DNA of 63,875 nucleotides, filler included, from Corallochytrium limacisporum Hawaii (Eukaryota; Protista; Pluriformea): NCBI GenBank assembly GCA_002811645.1. It is 6 parts of 6 records of this genome, joined end to end, with 100 filler letters (N's around TTAATTAATTAA, not from the genome) between each part and the next. Parts side by side here need not be neighbours in the genome. Positions count along the whole stretch, not along the records: positions 51,789 to 59,523 come from PDIP01000008.1; positions 59,624 to 62,341 come from PDIP01000117.1; positions 62,442 to 63,875 come from PDIP01000126.1; 3 more parts are not named here. One strand, 5' to 3'. Shown piece by piece: positions 59,243 to 63,875 of this stretch (position 1 is its first letter; each line of letters starts with the position of its first letter). The notes under the pieces were generated by a model. It saw only the letters and a program-made list of their open reading frames with translations, ran no database searches and was not told where the DNA came from. The position numbers and the translations under genes were made by a program.

Positions 59243-59703
59243 CCACCCTCTGTCTGGTATGTCAGGGTCATAACTCCGAAAATCTTGACTCCCGAGGATC
59301 TTTTTCAAATTTGATTGTATAATAACTTATAATGATTCTATTCTATTTCATTATATTTTGCTATTTTTAACAATCATTTACAAATATTTCAATAGCTGAT
59401 TCAAACGAAGAGTCCCTGCTACTCTCAAAAATGGACTATTTTGACTTTGGCTTGACATTGAACACATCGTAGTCGTACAAAAAAATTAAATATGAGCATC
59501 TATTACCACCATGACTTGAACCANNNNNNNNNNNNNNNNNNNNNNNNNNNNNNNNNNNNNNNNNNNNTTAATTAATTAANNNNNNNNNNNNNNNNNNNNN
59601 NNNNNNNNNNNNNNNNNNNNNNNTTATACAATCAAGATTAAAAAAGATCCTCGGGAGTCTAGTTTTTCGGAGTTTTGACCCTGACATACCAGACAGAGGG
59701 TGG
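59243..59703. mobile_element. Stowaway/mariner-like MITE (subfamily A) with long TIRs and TA target duplication; interior partly in a gap
   Basis: TA|CCACCCTCTGTCTGGTATGTCAGGGTCA... and ...TGACCCTGACATACCAGACAGAGGGTGG|TA. Arms are 74/80 identical (first 28 nt perfect); interior is AT-rich and non-coding. Confidence 0.9.
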
Positions 59704-60329
59704 TAGAGGCCGCACACAAACCATGATTTTGTAAATTGCAATAGATTGAAAATATATTAGGCCCCTGGGCTGAAGTCAAACCAAAGGGGCCCCCGCCGGA
59801 TCCGCCCCGGGGGGGGGCACACTTTTTATAGAGGGAGAACTGTCTGGCACCGGGCTCTTGCTTCCCCAAGTGTTGCTGGAGGGTCCTGGCCGCAAGGAAC
59901 GTAAGAAACGGGGGATCCGAAAGAGGAAGTTGCCTGAGCAGATATCCCTTTACATACCATGTCAAGATATGTCTCTGTGCTTGAAGATTGGGAGTGTCCT
60001 TATGAACACGAACAAATTTGGTCCCGCTGATGATCACGAGTAAACATTACGACGATGTATCTCGATTTCGGCAATATGGGGGTTTCAATGGGCTGGAAAC
60101 GTTGCCTATTTCAAACACGTCGTCCACATGGTGAACAGAGTACACAGACCGGCATAGTTTCCGCCTAATACACATGCGCTGTAGAATTAGAGCAGGCAAT
60201 CGGAGCATCATACGTCGTATGTAAAGGAGGTCACCTACAGGGGCCTTTAAGCAGTGTGCAACCAGAATTAGGGAACCAAATCCCGCACCGGCTTTGCCAC
60301 AGTGAGCCGGTAGAGGAACAACAGAAAGG

Positions 60330-61514
60330 ATGCCCCGCGGGTACGAAAATCTCGAGGACGATCATGAGTCCTCCGGATCGCACGAGGAATATGACGTTGA
60401 AAGGCAGGAAGAAGCGCATAACATGTCGGGGGAGATGGAAGAAATGGGCTTCCAGGACATGGAGTACGAAGGGAATGGCACTCCCCGCCGCAAAGACTTT
60501 GTCATGTTCTCCAATATTATGCTAGTGGTAGGTGCCGCTGCAACGCTAGCAATTCTAGTATGGGCCTTGGTCAAGCAAGGCAGCGTCACCCCAGTTCAAC
60601 CAAAAAGCAGTGGAGATCCATCCATGTATTGCATGAAAAACGGCACGCAGACCTATCTAGATGGAATCACTGAGATGGTTGTCTTCGGTGATTCCATGAG
60701 CGACACAGGCAACGTCTACAACTTGACCAATCAAACATGGCCGCTTAAGCCGCCCTATGACGATGGACGTTTTAGCAATGGACCCGTCTGGGTAGAGTAC
60801 GCGGTCGAGAACATGAAGATTCATGCTAATGTGCAAGCGTTCGGGTCGGCTACCACGGACGACAAGGTTCTGCAGGGTTCCACAATGGAGGGCACCGTCC
60901 CCGTACCCGGAGCCCGCCAGCAAATCGACACCTACCTGGAAGCACTAGATGGGACAGAGCGGAGGGAATTGAGGAATAAGATTGTCGTCCTCTGGGTCGG
61001 CGGCAACAACTTCTTCTTTGACCCAGAGGTGGATCCAACAGAGGTGGCCCGTTCGGCGGTCGCAGTGGCCAGGCATGCGTGTTCGGTGCTGGCACCACGC
61101 ATGGTGGTCCTGATCTCACAGCTGGTCCTCAGCTCCAAGGACCAAGGGGGCATCCTCCATGAACCGGATATTCTCGCTCAGTACAACAGCTACGCGAGCA
61201 ATGAATTTGAGAAGGCCGGCTACCAATGTATTTCGAACAATGATGACGGAGTGGCGCGGCCGTTCCTGTTTCTCGACCTATCGGCCACGGCCAAGGACAT
61301 GATTGACAATCCTGACACGTACAATTTCACCACCACTGCCGAGCCGTGCCTCTCCGAGATGAATACGACTGACGTCTGTGATGATCCTGACGGTCACCTG
61401 CGTTGGGACCCGTTTCATCCCACCACCAAAGCCCACGAGCAGATCGCCAAGGCCTTCCAGAGCACGCTTAGCGCCTCACTCGACCAGCTCTGCGTAAAGG
61501 AGAACACCACATAG
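60330..61514 (+). CDS. GDSL/SGNH esterase-lipase with N-terminal type II membrane anchor
   Basis: Block I VVFGDSMSDTGN, GRFSNGPVWVEY, block III WVGGNNF, block V WDPFHPT; single TM IMLVVGAAATLAILVWALV after an acidic tail. Confidence 0.92.
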   Translation: MPRGYENLEDDHESSGSHEEYDVERQEEAHNMSGEMEEMGFQDMEYEGNGTPRRKDFVMFSNIMLVVGAAATLAILVWALVKQGSVTPVQPKSSGDPSMYCMKNGTQTYLDGITEMVVFGDSMSDTGNVYNLTNQTWPLKPPYDDGRFSNGPVWVEYAVENMKIHANVQAFGSATTDDKVLQGSTMEGTVPVPGARQQIDTYLEALDGTERRELRNKIVVLWVGGNNFFFDPEVDPTEVARSAVAVARHACSVLAPRMVVLISQLVLSSKDQGGILHEPDILAQYNSYASNEFEKAGYQCISNNDDGVARPFLFLDLSATAKDMIDNPDTYNFTTTAEPCLSEMNTTDVCDDPDGHLRWDPFHPTTKAHEQIAKAFQSTLSASLDQLCVKENTT

Positions 61515-62441
61515 TCATCATCATGGTGGGTTCGCAAGTCGGGTATCCATTCACTTGAGGACCCAAAATGGGCACTTACCGCGTACCATGCTCCGTGACT
61601 ATATCATGCTCATATACGTTTCGTAATGAGACATAGTAGCAACCATCTGAATAGACATCTAGGTAGTGACGAAATGTACGGGTGATCTCGCTCCGCCAAT
61701 ACCGTAGTTGATGGCGGGGTTCGCGTGCGCGAGAGGGCTGGGACTGGCTGGTCACTATGAAAAAGATATGGCCCCTGAGCGGGCGATGCCAACAAACGAC
61801 CAATAGGAAAACCTGGTGATCACCCTGTGTCCCATCTCCGGGTCTACGCCCTGTCATATATTCACTATGGCGGCGGGGAAGGACAGGGGTTGGTAGGTGG
61901 GTGTTGAAGGCAAAGGGTTCCCTCCCTCGCCCCGGGACGAGAGAGGCAGAAGGACGGGCGAATTTGCACCGGGCCCTGACCCCCCCTTTGCCCCCGGGGG
62001 GAGAGGAGGGGGGGGGGCCTTGGGGGTCGTGTCTTTCTCGCTCGCTCTTTCCTTGCGCCCGGTGCGGGTGGGTTGAGATCGCTTTGTCATCCCCCCCCCC
62101 TCCTCTCCCGGGGCCGTCATCCCCCCGCCCAGGGGGAGCGAAGGTTTGGTGACTTTGGGACAAACCTCTCAACACCCCCCCCCCTCCCCCTCTTCCCCAA
62201 AGCCCAAACTAAAGGAGGGGGGGGGGCGAGAAGAAAAAAGTATTGAGAAAAAAAACATCAACGTCCGGGGGCCTAATTAAACCGCAGTAGTGAATGTGCG
62301 ACACGAATTCCCATTGTTTTCACCGCCCGCCCACCGCACCCNNNNNNNNNNNNNNNNNNNNNNNNNNNNNNNNNNNNNNNNNNNNTTAATTAATTAANNN
62401 NNNNNNNNNNNNNNNNNNNNNNNNNNNNNNNNNNNNNNNNN

Positions 62442-62911
62442 AGAGCCTTGGACATGATAGTGTCCAGCGTCCAGAACACAGCGGCGATGAAGCCAAAGGC
62501 GGCAGCAGCGATGTAGTCACCGTGACTGGGGATTTTGCTGCTGAAGATGGCACCTGAAATCACCCTGTACGGTTCGGTGGGGTAGATGTCCTCCGCCGGC
62601 TCATTGATAGGAAGAGGACCAACAGTTGAATCCCCATTGGGATCGATAGTGGCATTGACATCGATAGTGACATTGATATCGATAGGCACCTTATTAGTGG
62701 AGTAGATGGCAACGTATCAAATGGCAAAAACGAAGGAGAGCAGAGTGAGCAGAACACCGACACCAACGATAGCACCCAGCACATTAGAGGAGCCGGAGTC
62801 TTGCTTGGCGGTGATCAGGTAGGTGATGGCGAGTAAAGCACTCACGCAGCCACCGATAAGAGACCTCTCGCACACAGACAATAGAACACTCTTCGTAACA
62901 CCAATCTTGCA
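62442..62911 (-). pseudogene. MARVEL/tetraspan-like membrane protein fragment with one in-frame TGA; runs into a gap
   Basis: SLIGGCVSALLAITYLI...VLGAIVGVGVLLTLLSFVFAI*YVAIYS...loop with NVT/NAT sequons...DYIAAAAFGFIAAVFWTLD; TGA at 62719-62717. Confidence 0.55.
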
Positions 62912-63772
62912 CTAGTTGAGACACTCTTCGAGTATTTTCTAGAACCGTTCCATTGTACAATTGGCCAACTGCAGCAAGGCAAGGAGGAAGACCTTCCTTA
63001 TCCGGAGTGGGTTGGCTTTGGTTGATATGTTGATGGAAGGCTATACATATTTGTTCCACCTAGGGGACACAGGAGAGTACTTCTTCCAGGGCTTGTCCAT
63101 GTCTCGCCTTGACTCCCTACGCGACACAGTCTCCCAATTACTACTATATTGCAAACGACAGACGAGCCCACAGACTCCACCTTCGTCACTAATATCCCCG
63201 TACCGTGGAATTTGTATGGATGCAACACTGCCAACACACACACACCAGGGGGGTTTCGTTGTGCACCGTCCCTGCTCTTTCGGTGGTCATACAAATGCGA
63301 TGTTTGTCTTTCGTTCCGCGCACCCAAGAAAACATTTTCTTTGCAACGACCTGGCAATGTGACCACCGTGAATGAAACGCATGGAAAATGTTTTTTCGGA
63401 ACACAGAGCCTATTGTAGAATGGGACAGTTGCACCAAGAAGTTGAAGAAGACTTTCCGAATATAGCAACTGTTCAGTCCTGTAAAGGCGAAGTCCTGTAG
63501 CAACTCGGGACAACCATTACGCGAAACTTCAGTGTGTCCACAGTGGTCCATTCCACCTCATGGACATGGAAGCGAATCCCGAAGATGGGTTTCTTCGTCT
63601 CCGAAACACTCCCTTCAAGACTCCGTCCCAAGCCGCCATGCAGTGAACTGTATGCTGCTGAGAGAAAGGCTATTGAGAGACACACAGAGAGAGACGAGAC
63701 AGAAAAAGACCCAAAGTGACACACAGAGCGACACACAGGGGCAGAGAGGCAGGATGACAGAGAGACAGTGAC

Positions 63773-63875
63773 AGAGAGACAGAGAGACAGAGAGACAGAG
63801 AGACAGAGAGACAGAGAGACAGAGAGACAGAGAGACAGAGAGACAGAGAGAGACAGAGAGACAGAGAGACAGAGA
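63773..63875. repeat. (AGAGAGAC)n 8-bp tandem repeat
   Basis: Runs to the window end. Confidence 0.93.

Noticed and set aside
61818-61895. CACCCTGTGTCC ... GGACAGGGGTTGGTA as a tiny relic of the MITE family
   Set aside because: The match is short and degenerate, and there is no left TA; could be chance.

Overview
Eukaryotic, intron-poor draft scaffold. It most likely comes from a unicellular opisthokont/holozoan-type protist (Corallochytrium-like); this is inferred from gene content and intron scarcity and is not verified. There are six assembly gaps, five carrying the artificial TTAATTAATTAA linker. Sixteen intact protein genes are supported: PUS7, an unusual ubiquitin-like/bHLH-ZIP/PAS transcription factor, a VOC/glyoxalase protein, MRG15/Eaf3, POLE3/Dpb4, cofilin, eIF2B-gamma, a TPR protein, a coiled-coil protein, GET1/WRB, ArfGAP2/3, a small secreted knottin precursor, an MFS sugar porter, an uncharacterised 221-aa protein, a MARK/SIK-type kinase and a membrane-anchored GDSL esterase. 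Only two short coding-region introns were found. Main points of interest: (1) an intact toxin-like inhibitor-cystine-knot prepropeptide gene inside a ~9 kb accessory island of decayed genes, bracketed by inverted Stowaway/mariner-like termini (TA|CCACCCTCTGTCT); (2) a MITE-like family sharing those termini; (3) the novel-architecture transcription factor, preceded by a ~18.9 kb microsatellite-rich gene desert. All family assignments come from motif recognition by eye; no searches were run.
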